NCBI RefSeq assembly: GCF_947503045.1 | Contig: NZ_CANNCF010000005.1 | Coordinates: 47,085 to 111,084 of the forward strand | Direction of reading: 5' to 3' | Origin: an uncultured Tateyamaria sp. | GTDB taxonomy: Bacteria; Pseudomonadota; Alphaproteobacteria; Rhodobacterales; Rhodobacteraceae | DNA: 64,000 bases | In this document: positions 39,369 to 49,431 of the stretch, piece by piece | How positions within the stretch are numbered: position 1 is the first letter of the stretch | How the letters are laid out: each line of letters starts with the position of its first letter | Program-made: the position numbers and the translations under genes | The notes under the pieces: model-generated | The model's database searches: none | Told to the model about the DNA's origin: nothing | Seen by the model: the letters and a program-made list of their open reading frames with translations, nothing else

Positions 39369-40211
39369 ATGGGAGATCGGATCGCCATGCATTTCGACGT
39401 TATTCAGACCGTTAGCGTCAACGGAAACGCCCAAAAACCGAACGATGACCGGTGCGGGGCAAACACCCATCTCGCCTGGGTCATTGACGGGGCAACCGAC
39501 ATGTCCGAACCGGGCTTGCTTGGGTCTCAGGGTGGTGCTGCATGGCTCGCATCAACCGCAAGTGCTGCCTTTGCCGTCTCAGAGGCGCGCGACATGCAAA
39601 AAACGTGTCAAACTGCATTTTCGCGGATCGAAGATCAATTTGTGGCGCAAAGGACAAGGGAGGTCGCCGCCCCATGGGAGGTGCCCAAGGCCGCCTTTGC
39701 CGCCGCCCTTCTGATAGAAGAAAAGCTATCTGTCGCCTGGGCCGCCGATAGTCCGGTCTTGCTGATGTCGGGGGATGACGCGGTGTGGTGCACGGGCGAG
39801 CCCGACACGAGCGCGGAATCGGCAGATGCATTGTCCCTTGGACCCGGCGTAGGCGCCGCGTCTGTCTTGTCCGATACCGCGCTGGAAAACCGGCGGGCGC
39901 ACCGCGCGCGGGCAGACCACATTGCGCTCAGCCCGGACGCGCAGGCATCCGCGGGAGTGACGCGATATGCGGATTTTGACGTCTCTGTCGGCGACGAGTT
40001 GCTTTTGATGAGCGACGGGTTCGCCAGTATTGTCACCGACTACGCAGCATACACCGCTCGAGAGATGGTTTCCGTCATACGGTCCGAAGGGCTTGGGAGA
40101 ATTGTCGATGATCTGCGCGCAATCGAGCAAGCTGATGCGGCCTGCCTCCGGTTCCCGAGATTCAAGGTCAGCGACGACGCCACGGCCATTTGGGTACGGG
40201 TATCTGGCTGA
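39369..40211 (+). CDS. PP2C-like (PP2C_2) phosphatase domain protein
   Basis: NDDRCG, WVIDGAT, LMSDGF, SDDAT acidic metal motifs. Confidence 0.7.
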   Translation: MGDRIAMHFDVIQTVSVNGNAQKPNDDRCGANTHLAWVIDGATDMSEPGLLGSQGGAAWLASTASAAFAVSEARDMQKTCQTAFSRIEDQFVAQRTREVAAPWEVPKAAFAAALLIEEKLSVAWAADSPVLLMSGDDAVWCTGEPDTSAESADALSLGPGVGAASVLSDTALENRRAHRARADHIALSPDAQASAGVTRYADFDVSVGDELLLMSDGFASIVTDYAAYTAREMVSVIRSEGLGRIVDDLRAIEQADAACLRFPRFKVSDDATAIWVRVSG

Positions 40212-40444
40212 GAACAGCTTTCCCGACCCACACTTGCAGATGTGCCACCGATGCTATTGCTACGGTGCGGCCCGCCAAATTGGCCGGGCGCTGCAGGCGC
40301 CAAGTTTCCGGCTTGGCCGACTGAGGTAATGCGGAAAAGGCGACGCTCGGTCAGCATTAAATGCTGGAATTCAAAATGCACCTATCGTCAACTGTCTCAG
40401 TCAGCCCGTAAGGTGCCAACACTGGAGAACAAAGGAGCAAAAAA

Positions 40445-41083
40445 ATGAATATGGTCAGATGCTGCGCACTTTTCCTGTTTTGTGCATCTCCACTGTTTGG
40501 GCAAACGTTGTTGGCACCAAATTCGCCTGAGATGTTTCTGAAGACCTTCTCCGTTATTGCTGGTTTTGCGCTGCCGCCGTGGAGTTCGCGCGAGTCCTTG
40601 ACTCCGGGAAGTTCATTCACAGACAGCGAGGTATTTCAGGACCAGCGATATATCGGCGACGACCATGAAATGGGCATTTGGGAGATGATCCCGAAAGGCG
40701 AGACCTTCGATAACTGGACAAAGCTATATGCAGTCACGGCAGAGAATGCGTTGACCGGCAATTTAGACACCTACGTTCAGGGCCAAATCAATTACTACAC
40801 AGACATTTGCCAGACAACGGTCGTCCGGTTTCCCAAGAAAGAGCCCGACATAGGTGCGCAGTTTGCCATCTACTGCGACAGTTACAAATCAGACCCGGAT
40901 ACGGGAGAGGTTGGGTTTTTCAATATGCAGTTGAAGGACGAAACCCTCGTAAAGAATTTCTATCACATTCGAATGCCAAGTTTCGATCTTAGCGATCCCA
41001 AAAAGCTTCCTCTTAACGCCACGGAAGCTTGGACGGCTGCGGCACATGTCGCTGTGCTGGAACTGTATCCCCGATCCGATTGA
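40445..41083 (+). CDS. Secreted hypothetical protein
   Basis: Signal peptide, good RBS (aaggag), WEMIPKGETFDNWTKL, two spaced Cys; AT-richer codons. Confidence 0.6.
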   Translation: MNMVRCCALFLFCASPLFGQTLLAPNSPEMFLKTFSVIAGFALPPWSSRESLTPGSSFTDSEVFQDQRYIGDDHEMGIWEMIPKGETFDNWTKLYAVTAENALTGNLDTYVQGQINYYTDICQTTVVRFPKKEPDIGAQFAIYCDSYKSDPDTGEVGFFNMQLKDETLVKNFYHIRMPSFDLSDPKKLPLNATEAWTAAAHVAVLELYPRSD

Positions 41084-41460
41084 ATAACCTAGGCTCCAGC
41101 CTGGGCAAAACGGCCAATTCCCTTGAAGGGGTGTCGGCTCCGGGCTTATAGCCGTACTTGGATCCGGGGCCGCATCATTTTTTTGCAAAAGCCCCGGACC
41201 CGCCGCGCGGCCTAGAGCAACCCTTGGTCTCAATAGTTGTTGTAGTAGCGCACTTCTGTAAATCGGACATCTGTCATCCTCACCGCATCCTGCGGATTGA
41301 CCAACCACAACGCGGAAAAAAACAGTATGCGTGACGATTGCCTCACCCGCCGCTGTCCAAAACCTGGCATCAAGACATCAATCACTGGCCAAGACGCTTC
41401 GCAAGACTGGACCTATGCGGAATGAAAAACCGTCGCTAAGCTCCTGAGCAGGGAGAGGCG

Positions 41461-43350
41461 ATGGAAGCAACAGTTCTGACTTTCGAAATGATGGTGGTCC
41501 TCGGGCTTCTGGGTTTGACGGTGTTTCTGTTCGTCTCCGAGATCATTCGCATCGACCTGGCGGCTATCCTCGTCATGGTGATCCTGGGTGCCCTCAGCAC
41601 TTTGCCCGGGCTGGAAAACCTCGCTGATCGGTCAGAGCTGTTTTCAGGTTTCTCGTCAAACGCGGTCATTTCAATCATAGCCGTCATGATCATCGGGGCC
41701 GGGCTGGACAAGACGGGCCTGATGTCGAAAGTCGCCGCGCTGATTTTGAAGCGCGGAGGGACGAGCGAAACACGCATTATTCCGATCGTTTCGGGCACCG
41801 TGGGTGTCATCAGTTCCTTCATGCAGAACGTGGGGGCAGCCGCCCTGTTCCTGCCTGTCATCAGTCGAATTTCCGCCAGAACGGAAATTCCAATGAGCCG
41901 TCTGGCCATGCCGATGGGGTTTTGCGCCATCCTCGGGGGGACCATTACGATGGTCGGGTCCTCTCCGTTGATCTTGCTGAATGACCTGTTGATTTCGGCG
42001 AACCGGACATTGCCGGACGATCAACAGATGGTGCCCTTTGGTCTGTTTTCGGTCACACCGATTGGCGTGATGCTGGTCCTCACCGGCGTTCTCTACTTTG
42101 TGCTCCTGGGGCGTTGGATCTTGCCCGGACAGCGGGGGCGCGGTGAGGACGCAGGCGCGGCACGCTCAATGCAGACCTATGTGGAAAACACCTATGGGCT
42201 GCGCGCCGATATGTTCGAGGTCCGCGTTCCCGAAGGGTCGATCCTGATTGGTCAAACGCTGGCCGATATCATGGTCGCGCACCATATCTACATCCTAGGC
42301 ACCTCATATCGAGGTCACAAGGTCATAGCACCAATGGCGGATACCACGATCGAGGCGCCCGCGCGCCTGGCCGTTCTCGGCCTGCGGCGGGTGCTGCAGG
42401 ACGAATTTGCCGAACCCTACAGTCTGGAGATTTTGCCCGGCCTCGATGTGTTCGCCGATGACTTTGCCGCGACCGAGTCGGGTGTCGCCGAAGTCGTGGT
42501 TCCGCCGGGGTCGTCTGTCATCGGTCAATCGCCCATCGAACTCCGCCTGCGTCAAACACACGGTCTGTCCATTCTGGCGATACATCGTGGCGAAGAAACT
42601 CTGAGCCATGTTGAAACCGAAGATCATGTCGCCACCCATATCGGCGAAGTGCTTCTGCAAGCCGGCGACACGCTGGTTGTCCACGTCCAATGGGAACGGC
42701 TCACGCGTCTCAAATCTGACCAGAACTTCGTTGTTGTAACGTCGGATTTCCCGCAAGAAGAGCTGCGACCACACAAAGTGAACTGGGCGCTCGGCTTCTT
42801 CTTTATGACGCTCGGCCTGATCCTGTTTACGGATTTGCTGTTGTCACTTGCCCTGCTGCTGGGTGCGGTCGGGATGATCCTGTCACGGGTTCTATCGGTC
42901 GACGAAGCCTATGGCGCGGTAAGCTGGAGCACTGTGTTTCTTTTGGCGTCCCTGATCCCCTTGGGGACTGCGGTCCAAAACACGGGAACGGCCGCATGGA
43001 TTGCAGAACAAATTCTTGCACTGCTTGATGGCTGGCCACTTTGGTCGCTGCAGGCTGGGCTCGCCATTCTGGCAACGATCTTCACGCTGGTGATGTCAAA
43101 TGTCGGCGCTACCGTATTGCTTGTGCCGTTGGCGATCTCAATCGCGATCTCGTCGGGAGGCGATCCAGCCGTCTTTGCTTTGACGGTTGCGATCTCGACC
43201 TCGAATTCGTTTCTGATCCCGACACATCAGGTCAATGCGCTGATCATGGGCCCCGCAGGCTACCGGGTCGTGGATTTTCTTGGCTCCGGCAGCATAATGA
43301 CCATCCTGTTCCTGATCGTGTCCATGACTGGGCTCACACTCTTTCTCTGA
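41461..43350 (+). CDS. SLC13/CitMHS-like permease with two TrkA-C domains
   Basis: SGFSSNAVI, SSFMQNVGAAA, LGGTITMVGSSP, two RCK-C-like repeats, MSNVGA, SFLIPTHQVN. Confidence 0.9.
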   Translation: MEATVLTFEMMVVLGLLGLTVFLFVSEIIRIDLAAILVMVILGALSTLPGLENLADRSELFSGFSSNAVISIIAVMIIGAGLDKTGLMSKVAALILKRGGTSETRIIPIVSGTVGVISSFMQNVGAAALFLPVISRISARTEIPMSRLAMPMGFCAILGGTITMVGSSPLILLNDLLISANRTLPDDQQMVPFGLFSVTPIGVMLVLTGVLYFVLLGRWILPGQRGRGEDAGAARSMQTYVENTYGLRADMFEVRVPEGSILIGQTLADIMVAHHIYILGTSYRGHKVIAPMADTTIEAPARLAVLGLRRVLQDEFAEPYSLEILPGLDVFADDFAATESGVAEVVVPPGSSVIGQSPIELRLRQTHGLSILAIHRGEETLSHVETEDHVATHIGEVLLQAGDTLVVHVQWERLTRLKSDQNFVVVTSDFPQEELRPHKVNWALGFFFMTLGLILFTDLLLSLALLLGAVGMILSRVLSVDEAYGAVSWSTVFLLASLIPLGTAVQNTGTAAWIAEQILALLDGWPLWSLQAGLAILATIFTLVMSNVGATVLLVPLAISIAISSGGDPAVFALTVAISTSNSFLIPTHQVNALIMGPAGYRVVDFLGSGSIMTILFLIVSMTGLTLFL

Positions 43351-43440
43351 CGCGGTTGCAAGATGTTGCTTCGGACGTGGCTTGCCAATTTTCTTGTGCA
43401 GCGCGGTGGTCTTAAAGCGGATGCTCAGAATGGGGACGGG

Positions 43441-44097
43441 CTAAAGCTGTCCCAACCAGTCGGACACTTCTTGCTGAACAGTGAAATGCGCGAAGCACAG
43501 CAATCGATCTTGTGACGCAAGTTTGGTGGCCGTGCTTACGTCCAGCCCATTGACCCGCAGGGTTTTCAGCTCTGGGAAAGCCGTCCGGATCGTGTCCAAG
43601 GGCAATATGGCGGCGCCGGAATACTTATACTCGACGAGTTGATCGCCATTGGGGAACTCGGCAAGAACGGTGCGGCTGTCGGCGCTTGCCCATCCCAAGT
43701 GCAGTAGTCCTTTTTCAACAAAACCGCACATGGTGACATCCAGCCGTTCACTGAGGGCCAGAAAACAGGCAGCCAAGACCGCCAGCACCATATAGATGAT
43801 TGTCGCCAAACCAGAGTCGTCCTTGGCACTCAGGAGACCCAGAATGATCGTGGACAGAACTGTCATGACGCCCAGATTGCCGATCACCATCAGTGATGAC
43901 AGAATTTTGCGCCGCGCAGCGTGGCGCATGACTTCTTCGGCTTCCGAAGTGGTAAAGCCGGTGCCTGAGAATGCCGACAAGGCCTGAAAACGCGCGGCGG
44001 CTTGGGACATGCCGGTCAGGCGCAACGCCGTACTGCCGATGCGAACGACAATCATCGACAGCGCCAGCAGGCAAAGCAATGTCAGCGCGGCAATCAT
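43441..44097 (-). CDS. Membrane protein with K-channel/TrkA-C-associated architecture
   Basis: ARFQALSAFSGTGFTTSEAE...RKILSSLMVIGN motif, 3 TM. Confidence 0.7.
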   Translation of the reverse strand: MIAALTLLCLLALSMIVVRIGSTALRLTGMSQAAARFQALSAFSGTGFTTSEAEEVMRHAARRKILSSLMVIGNLGVMTVLSTIILGLLSAKDDSGLATIIYMVLAVLAACFLALSERLDVTMCGFVEKGLLHLGWASADSRTVLAEFPNGDQLVEYKYSGAAILPLDTIRTAFPELKTLRVNGLDVSTATKLASQDRLLCFAHFTVQQEVSDWLGQL

Positions 44098-44948
44098 GAC
44101 ACTTTCAGTGCTGTGCGCCCGATGTCGAAGGCGCGCTGCAAAAACTGCTGGGTTCCGGTGCAAATATCCGGTTGCGCAAGCAACTCATCACCTGTTGCCA
44201 CAGCCCCGGCAAAGCCATTTCTGTGCCAGTGGCCCGGTTCGATCGCACCGCTCAACGCGCCGCTTTTGTGTTGTGGCCACGGGTACATGTAGAAATAGGG
44301 CTGATCGTAGCTTTGGTCGCCCGGCGAAAGCCCCACGCCGATGCCGCGCGCGGTTTCGGCATCACCTTCTTCGAGCGCCACGTATGTTGCGATGTCGAAA
44401 TGATGCGGCCAGCATCGGATCTGGCTCGGACCCGGTCTCACGTCGGCCAGCCCGCGCGCCAAAGGCGTGATTGTTCTCACGGCGAGGCTGTACCAACCCA
44501 TCAATGCATCGAGACGCAAGCCGGACATACTGGGGAACACGTCAATCTGCGCCACGTCTTCGGGCAGCGCGTAGGGGATCTTTGCGACCGAGGCGGGCAG
44601 CATGCCTTCGTCCTCAAGCTGTTCGTCGAGCCAGGCCATTGCCTCGGCACAGCTGCGTCCCGGCAGGTCAAGCTGGCGCGACGGCCCATCCGAGCAGACA
44701 AAGACCAGGATCATCGATGCGGGCGACAGACCCACCTGACAGTGACCTTGGCCGACGGGCATCGGGTGAGTGAGAAACGCCTGTTTCTCTGGTGACCATT
44801 CCAGATTGGAATGGCTGTCATCCGGTGCCGCCCGGAGGTTGGCCCGTGCCGCGGCTGTCAGGAATTGCACGGCCCTGTGGGCCACCGCGCGGGACGGCGC
44901 CAGTGCCTTGGGCGTGCCGAGGCTGCGTTTCAGATCGGACATGTCCAT
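44094..44948 (-). CDS. Conserved hypothetical protein (DUF5996-like)
   Basis: DDSHSNLEW, CWPHHFDIA, GLSPGD...PYFYMYPW. Confidence 0.65.
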   Translation of the reverse strand: MDMSDLKRSLGTPKALAPSRAVAHRAVQFLTAAARANLRAAPDDSHSNLEWSPEKQAFLTHPMPVGQGHCQVGLSPASMILVFVCSDGPSRQLDLPGRSCAEAMAWLDEQLEDEGMLPASVAKIPYALPEDVAQIDVFPSMSGLRLDALMGWYSLAVRTITPLARGLADVRPGPSQIRCWPHHFDIATYVALEEGDAETARGIGVGLSPGDQSYDQPYFYMYPWPQHKSGALSGAIEPGHWHRNGFAGAVATGDELLAQPDICTGTQQFLQRAFDIGRTALKVS

Positions 44949-44956
44949 TTCCTTTC

Positions 44957-45253
44957 TCAGACCAGCGCGGCATCAGTCATGAATTCGCCTCGCGCCGCAC
45001 CTTTGACATCGTTGGCTGCGGCGGTGGCGGGCGCGATATCCTCGTACTTTGTGACCTTCTTTCCATGGCCGCCGCACAGACCGGCAAGGGATGGGTTCAC
45101 GAGTTTGGTTTCCCAGACCGGCCATTCGCCGGCACTTGCCATCGAAATGAACAAGGCAGATTGATATCCTGCGGGCGGTGGCGGTATTTTCGCGCCCTCG
45201 GGCAAATCATCGACACGACCGACCGCAATCCAGTCGAGTTCCGCAGAGCTCAT
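44957..45253 (-). pseudogene. Internally deleted Rieske + TPP-dependent (pyruvate oxidase-like) gene
   Basis: N-terminus WIAVGRVDDLPEG (Rieske start) joined to AGEWPVWETKLVNPS...LCGGHG...MTDAALV (TPP enzyme C-terminus); RBS intact. Confidence 0.6.
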
Positions 45254-45265
45254 CTGAAGTCCCCT

Positions 45266-45442
45266 TTACTGAATGCCACTGAACGCCACGCCAGACAGCG
45301 CGGCCACCTCGCACTTCCAAGTCGTCAGATCGTCGGCATTGAGTCTTGGCAGGTGATCGTGCCCAAAGGCGCCCGTCAGTGCAGGGATAGTCGGTTTGCG
45401 GTTCGGCAGGTTCTCCGATCTGGCAATGAGCACCTTTTTCAT
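45266..45442 (-). pseudogene. Internally deleted Rieske + FMN glutamate-synthase-like gene
   Basis: MKKVLIARSENLPNRKP joined to GHDHL...DDLTTWKCEVAALSGVAFSG, the typical terminal segment of this family; only 58 aa. Confidence 0.6.
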
Positions 45443-45509
45443 GAGCTTCTCCCTACGTGACTGGTTTGTTTCGTGCGTGTGAACTGGACGCGTCCGTGAG
45501 TGGTTATGG

Positions 45510-46730
45510 CTACTCGTCCTGCCCTTGTGTTTCCGGGCAGTCGCCCTTTGCCGCAATCCTCCGGCCATACCAGCGGGCCGCCGGGGCCGCGCTCACTCCG
45601 TGTAACAGCGCGCTGATCCAGACCGCGTTGATCGCCAGATACAAAATCTGGTCTCCGGCCCGATGCGGCAGAGTTTCAAGCACCAGCAGCGCAAAGAGCG
45701 CGGTGGCGAGACCCCGCGGCCCGAACCAGCCAAAGAAAAGCCGCGTCGTCCCGGATGCGTCAGTGCCCATGAGCGACAGCCAGATGGCCAGCGGGCGCAC
45801 CACGAAAAGACTGACGAGGATCAGTGCCAGCATCGGCCAGGTCAGATGCGCGATGGCCTCGGGGACGAGGCCCGCGCCAATCAGCAGAAATGCCGCCCAG
45901 GCCAGAATTTGGCCGTCGCCCTCGGTGAATTCATAGACGAACTTGCACTGTCCTTTGACCACGCTGCCGAAACACAGCCCGGCTACAAAGGCCGAAATGA
46001 ACCCGTTGCCGCCGATCAGGTCAGACAGAAAATAGGCACCGGCTGCCATCGCAATGGCTGCGATGCCCTCGTAGGCTTCGGACGTCGATGATAGGGTCTT
46101 GGCCCGCAACAACGCCCAGCCCCCAAGCAACCCGACAGCAATGCCCGCCACGGGCCCAAGCACCAGTTGCTTGGCACCGAAGATCAACCAGCCGGTCGAG
46201 CTTTGAGACATGTCGTGGCTGACCAGGGCTGCAAAAAGCAGGATCGCGGGAAGTGCCAGACCGTCATTCAGACCGCTTTCGACAATCAGAGCGCGGCGCG
46301 GGCGCAAAGGTACATCCGGGTTTGTCACAACCGGCTGGCCGAGGGCAGCATCCGTCGGCGACAAAATGGCGGCGGCGAGTGCTGCGGTCAAAAGTGGCCA
46401 GTCCGGCATCAGTGACCAGGCTGAAAAAGTGCCAAACAGAATTGCCAGCGGCAGCCCAACCAACAGCATCCGTTGCGGCCAGACATGCCGGCGCTTCAAC
46501 GTGCGCAGATCAATCTGCGCGGCGTCGAGAAACAGCAGCACGATCAAGGCCACTTCGGCGACCAGATGCAGAACGTCGTGGATTTCTCCGGCTGGCAGCA
46601 ACCCTGTTTCAGACAACACAACGCCCATGGCGAGAAACAGGATCGGAGCTGTTATCACTGTACGCGACAGGCGCACGGCCATCAGGCAATAGGCCGCGGC
46701 TACAAAACTGATGATGACCAAACCGATCAA
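45510..46730 (-). CDS. Cation:proton antiporter (CPA1/NhaP type)
   Basis: LLFLDA, ILSPTDAAL, ESGLNDG, GWFGPRGLAT. Confidence 0.92.
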   Translation of the reverse strand: MIGLVIISFVAAAYCLMAVRLSRTVITAPILFLAMGVVLSETGLLPAGEIHDVLHLVAEVALIVLLFLDAAQIDLRTLKRRHVWPQRMLLVGLPLAILFGTFSAWSLMPDWPLLTAALAAAILSPTDAALGQPVVTNPDVPLRPRRALIVESGLNDGLALPAILLFAALVSHDMSQSSTGWLIFGAKQLVLGPVAGIAVGLLGGWALLRAKTLSSTSEAYEGIAAIAMAAGAYFLSDLIGGNGFISAFVAGLCFGSVVKGQCKFVYEFTEGDGQILAWAAFLLIGAGLVPEAIAHLTWPMLALILVSLFVVRPLAIWLSLMGTDASGTTRLFFGWFGPRGLATALFALLVLETLPHRAGDQILYLAINAVWISALLHGVSAAPAARWYGRRIAAKGDCPETQGQDE

Positions 46731-46952
46731 GCTCTGCCCCCTCTGACGCGGATGCGCGCCTTGTTGTTAACCTACTGTTACGACTTCAGATGCATCCACA
46801 GCGCCCCGCGTTACAGTTTCGTTGAATTTAAACCGCTGCGGGTAACCGAAACGCCATTTCCGGGTCGCATCGCAGCGAACGGCGCTCAGAATTGCCCGGC
46901 AAGCAGCACCTTGGTGTCACGCCGCCGCGGGCCGGGAGCAAAACTGCAAACC

Positions 46953-47267
46953 CTATCTCGGCGGTTTGTCATCCTTGGTCGCCAGAATCGCTTCGATCAG
47001 GTCTTGGGGCACGGTTTCCTCAAGCGCGTCATAATCTTTTTGTAGGGCTTTGGTCGCCGCCAGCGTCCGCCGGTAGGCGGCCAGATACAAGCGGCAGGAT
47101 TTGCACACTTTCAGATGCAGTTCGAACAGGCGTTTCTTGGCGGGCGGCAATTCGTCCTCGAGATAGACCAGGATGAAATCCTCGAACTCGTTGCAAGTGA
47201 TCATCCCCGGGAACTTGAACAGAACCCCGTGCATGCGCCGTGTCATCGTTCGCCCGGACTTACTCAT
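46953..47267 (-). CDS. zf-HC2 anti-sigma factor
   Basis: ITCNEFEDF...HLKVCKSC (HxxxCxxC); ATGA overlap with the sigma gene. Confidence 0.85.
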   Translation of the reverse strand: MSKSGRTMTRRMHGVLFKFPGMITCNEFEDFILVYLEDELPPAKKRLFELHLKVCKSCRLYLAAYRRTLAATKALQKDYDALEETVPQDLIEAILATKDDKPPR

Positions 47268-47899
47268 AGCGCACCTCCCCGCATCATGGGCTCCAGCAGT
47301 TTCTTCAAAGCAGCTCTTGCACGGTGCAGCCGGACCTTGACGTTCGCCTCGCTCATTTCCAGAGCTTCCGCAACGTCACTTGTCGGCATCTCTTCGATGT
47401 CACGAAGCACAAGAACGATACGATAGGGCTCTGGCAATTCGTCGATTTTTTCTTTCATGATCTCGCGCACCTGCCGCGATTGCAGCTGATCTTCGGATGT
47501 TTCCGAAACGGTAAACGGATCGTCGACGCGGCACCCATTGGCATCAAATTCGGGCAGCAGCGGGTCGATCGGGTGTACGTTTTCACGCTTTTGCTTGCGC
47601 AGCATCATCAGCGCCTCGTTCACAACAATCCGGTGCATCCACGTGCTAAGGCGTGATTTGCCCTCAAAACCCTCCAGCTTCCGGTGAATTTTCGCAAATG
47701 CCAGTTGCACGGCGTCTTCGGCCATCGACGGGTCTCTCAGAATACGCCGGGCGACCGCAAGCATCCATGCAATATTGCCCCGGACAATGTCCTCAAACTC
47801 GCCGTCCGGCGCCACAAAAGAGGTGCCATGTAAATCGCGTCTCTGGTCCTTGTCTGGCGATTTGCCGTCCATTTGACCTGTTGTCCCGGAAGAAACCAT
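47264..47899 (-). CDS. ECF RNA polymerase sigma factor
   Basis: AEDAVQLAF, STWMHRIVVNEAL, LRDIEEMPTSDVA...VKVRLHRAR. Confidence 0.92.
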   Translation of the reverse strand: MVSSGTTGQMDGKSPDKDQRRDLHGTSFVAPDGEFEDIVRGNIAWMLAVARRILRDPSMAEDAVQLAFAKIHRKLEGFEGKSRLSTWMHRIVVNEALMMLRKQKRENVHPIDPLLPEFDANGCRVDDPFTVSETSEDQLQSRQVREIMKEKIDELPEPYRIVLVLRDIEEMPTSDVAEALEMSEANVKVRLHRARAALKKLLEPMMRGGAL

Positions 47900-48319
47900 T
47901 CAGATCAGACTAGGAGAAACGGCCCGGCGGCACAACGTCACCGCCGCTGGTGGCCCATTCCACCTGATCCCGGTGCAATTGCCTACGGAGTGCCGACGAG
48001 CGTCATTTTGATGGGCTGGCGCCATCGTAGTTGGCGATCATTGGCTGTACATTTGAATGTCGCAACACGTGCTCGGAGCCGACCTTGGCGACAGCATGGC
48101 ATCGACGAGTCCTTCTGGCTCGCCAGCCAAAGTTGATGGTTCGATCCGTGCATCCAGCATGCGGTCACGATGCTTCGGTGCGGGCCGTTTCCTGCGGTAC
48201 CAAGATCCCTGGGTGTGCGCATTCGCAGAAGCGGGACCGAAGCAGCATTTCCCACTGGGAAAACCGATCTCTGCTATCGCCATTCCAGATAGGAAAAGAC
48301 ACTTCGCACCAAAGGATCG

Positions 48320-49216
48320 TCATCCTTGACTAAACCTGGAAAGCACGTCTCTTGCGGTTGAAATGACTTCGCTCACGATGGTCGATGGATGTACGCCGGG
48401 CTTTAGTCCTGCGACGTATTCGTAGGTGAGTTGCGGACGGAAAGGGCGTGTGACGACGCCGTTTTGTTCCCAGATTGCTGCGCTGAACGGTTCCATAAGA
48501 GCGATGCCCAATCCCCGCCGCACCATGGCGTAGGCCGAGGCGGAACTATGGCAGTAAAGGTTCTGGGTGACGTTGACCTTTGCGTCCTCAAAGAGCCGTT
48601 CGTGCTTTAGGAACAATCGCTTGTCCTCCTCCAAAAGCGAAATCATGGTTTCGCCTTCTAGATCGGAGACGTGGATTTCGTCCTTGCCGACCAGTCTGTG
48701 GTCTGACGGAAGTGCACAAATGAAATCCACTTCTGCCAGAGGAACCTGCTTCATCGTGCTTTCGAAACCGATGCGGTTACCCAGAATGACATCGAATTCG
48801 GTTTCGCAATGGGCCTCGAAATAGCTGTTCTTGTCGACGGTCAACACCTGGACACGCAAATCGGGAAACTTCTGCAGCATCCGCGCCATCACGTCGGGCA
48901 CGATGGTCATCGAAAATGCGAAAGAGGCGGTGATACGAATTTCGCGGGCGGAGTCATCGCGCAAATCCTGCGCGACAGAGCCAAGCGAAGTGAACGCGCT
49001 GAAGACTTCCTCGACCCGGCGATAGAATTGCAAACCTTCGTGGGTCAGGTGCGCGCGCCCTTTCTCTCGGCGAAAAAGCTGCACCTGCAATGTGCGTTCC
49101 AGTTCGATCAGGTGGCGGCTGATGGTGGGTTGGCTGGTCCGCAACGCTTCGGCAGCGGCGGACATTGTGCCTTCGATGACGGTCGCGCGAAATGCTTCAA
49201 GCTGGCGGATTTTCAT
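48320..49216 (-). CDS. LysR family regulator
   Basis: LEAFRA...GTMSAAAEAL..SQPTISRHLIELE; divergent from the TRAP operon. Confidence 0.93.
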   Translation of the reverse strand: MKIRQLEAFRATVIEGTMSAAAEALRTSQPTISRHLIELERTLQVQLFRREKGRAHLTHEGLQFYRRVEEVFSAFTSLGSVAQDLRDDSAREIRITASFAFSMTIVPDVMARMLQKFPDLRVQVLTVDKNSYFEAHCETEFDVILGNRIGFESTMKQVPLAEVDFICALPSDHRLVGKDEIHVSDLEGETMISLLEEDKRLFLKHERLFEDAKVNVTQNLYCHSSASAYAMVRRGLGIALMEPFSAAIWEQNGVVTRPFRPQLTYEYVAGLKPGVHPSTIVSEVISTARDVLSRFSQG

Positions 49217-49431
49217 GATCTAAATATACGCTTTTTGTATGTAACTATGCAGAACTATACATTGCTTGCGCAATGGGTCGAGACGTAACCTGTCTCGGGT
49301 GAGCGTGGGGCGTTGCAACAAATGAATAAATCACGACATGTTGGCCGAATTCGAGGCGCCGCGCGGGCGCCAGACTACAGGCTTTTGCGCAATATGATGC
49401 CCTTGCCGCACAAATCGGCAACTGTTGATTG

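Noticed and set aside
16779-40211. Pairing the Ser/Thr kinase with the PP2C-like gene
   Set aside because: They are 20 kb apart in different modules with no shared motif.
46740-46830. GTAAC...GCATC elements upstream of the antiporter as promoters for the 47264 sigma
   Set aside because: The two candidates have inconsistent spacing, and I found no matching element upstream of the sigma gene.
47900-48320. Short ORFs between the ECF sigma and LysR genes; possible IS relic
   Set aside because: No transposase motif in any frame that I could recognise.
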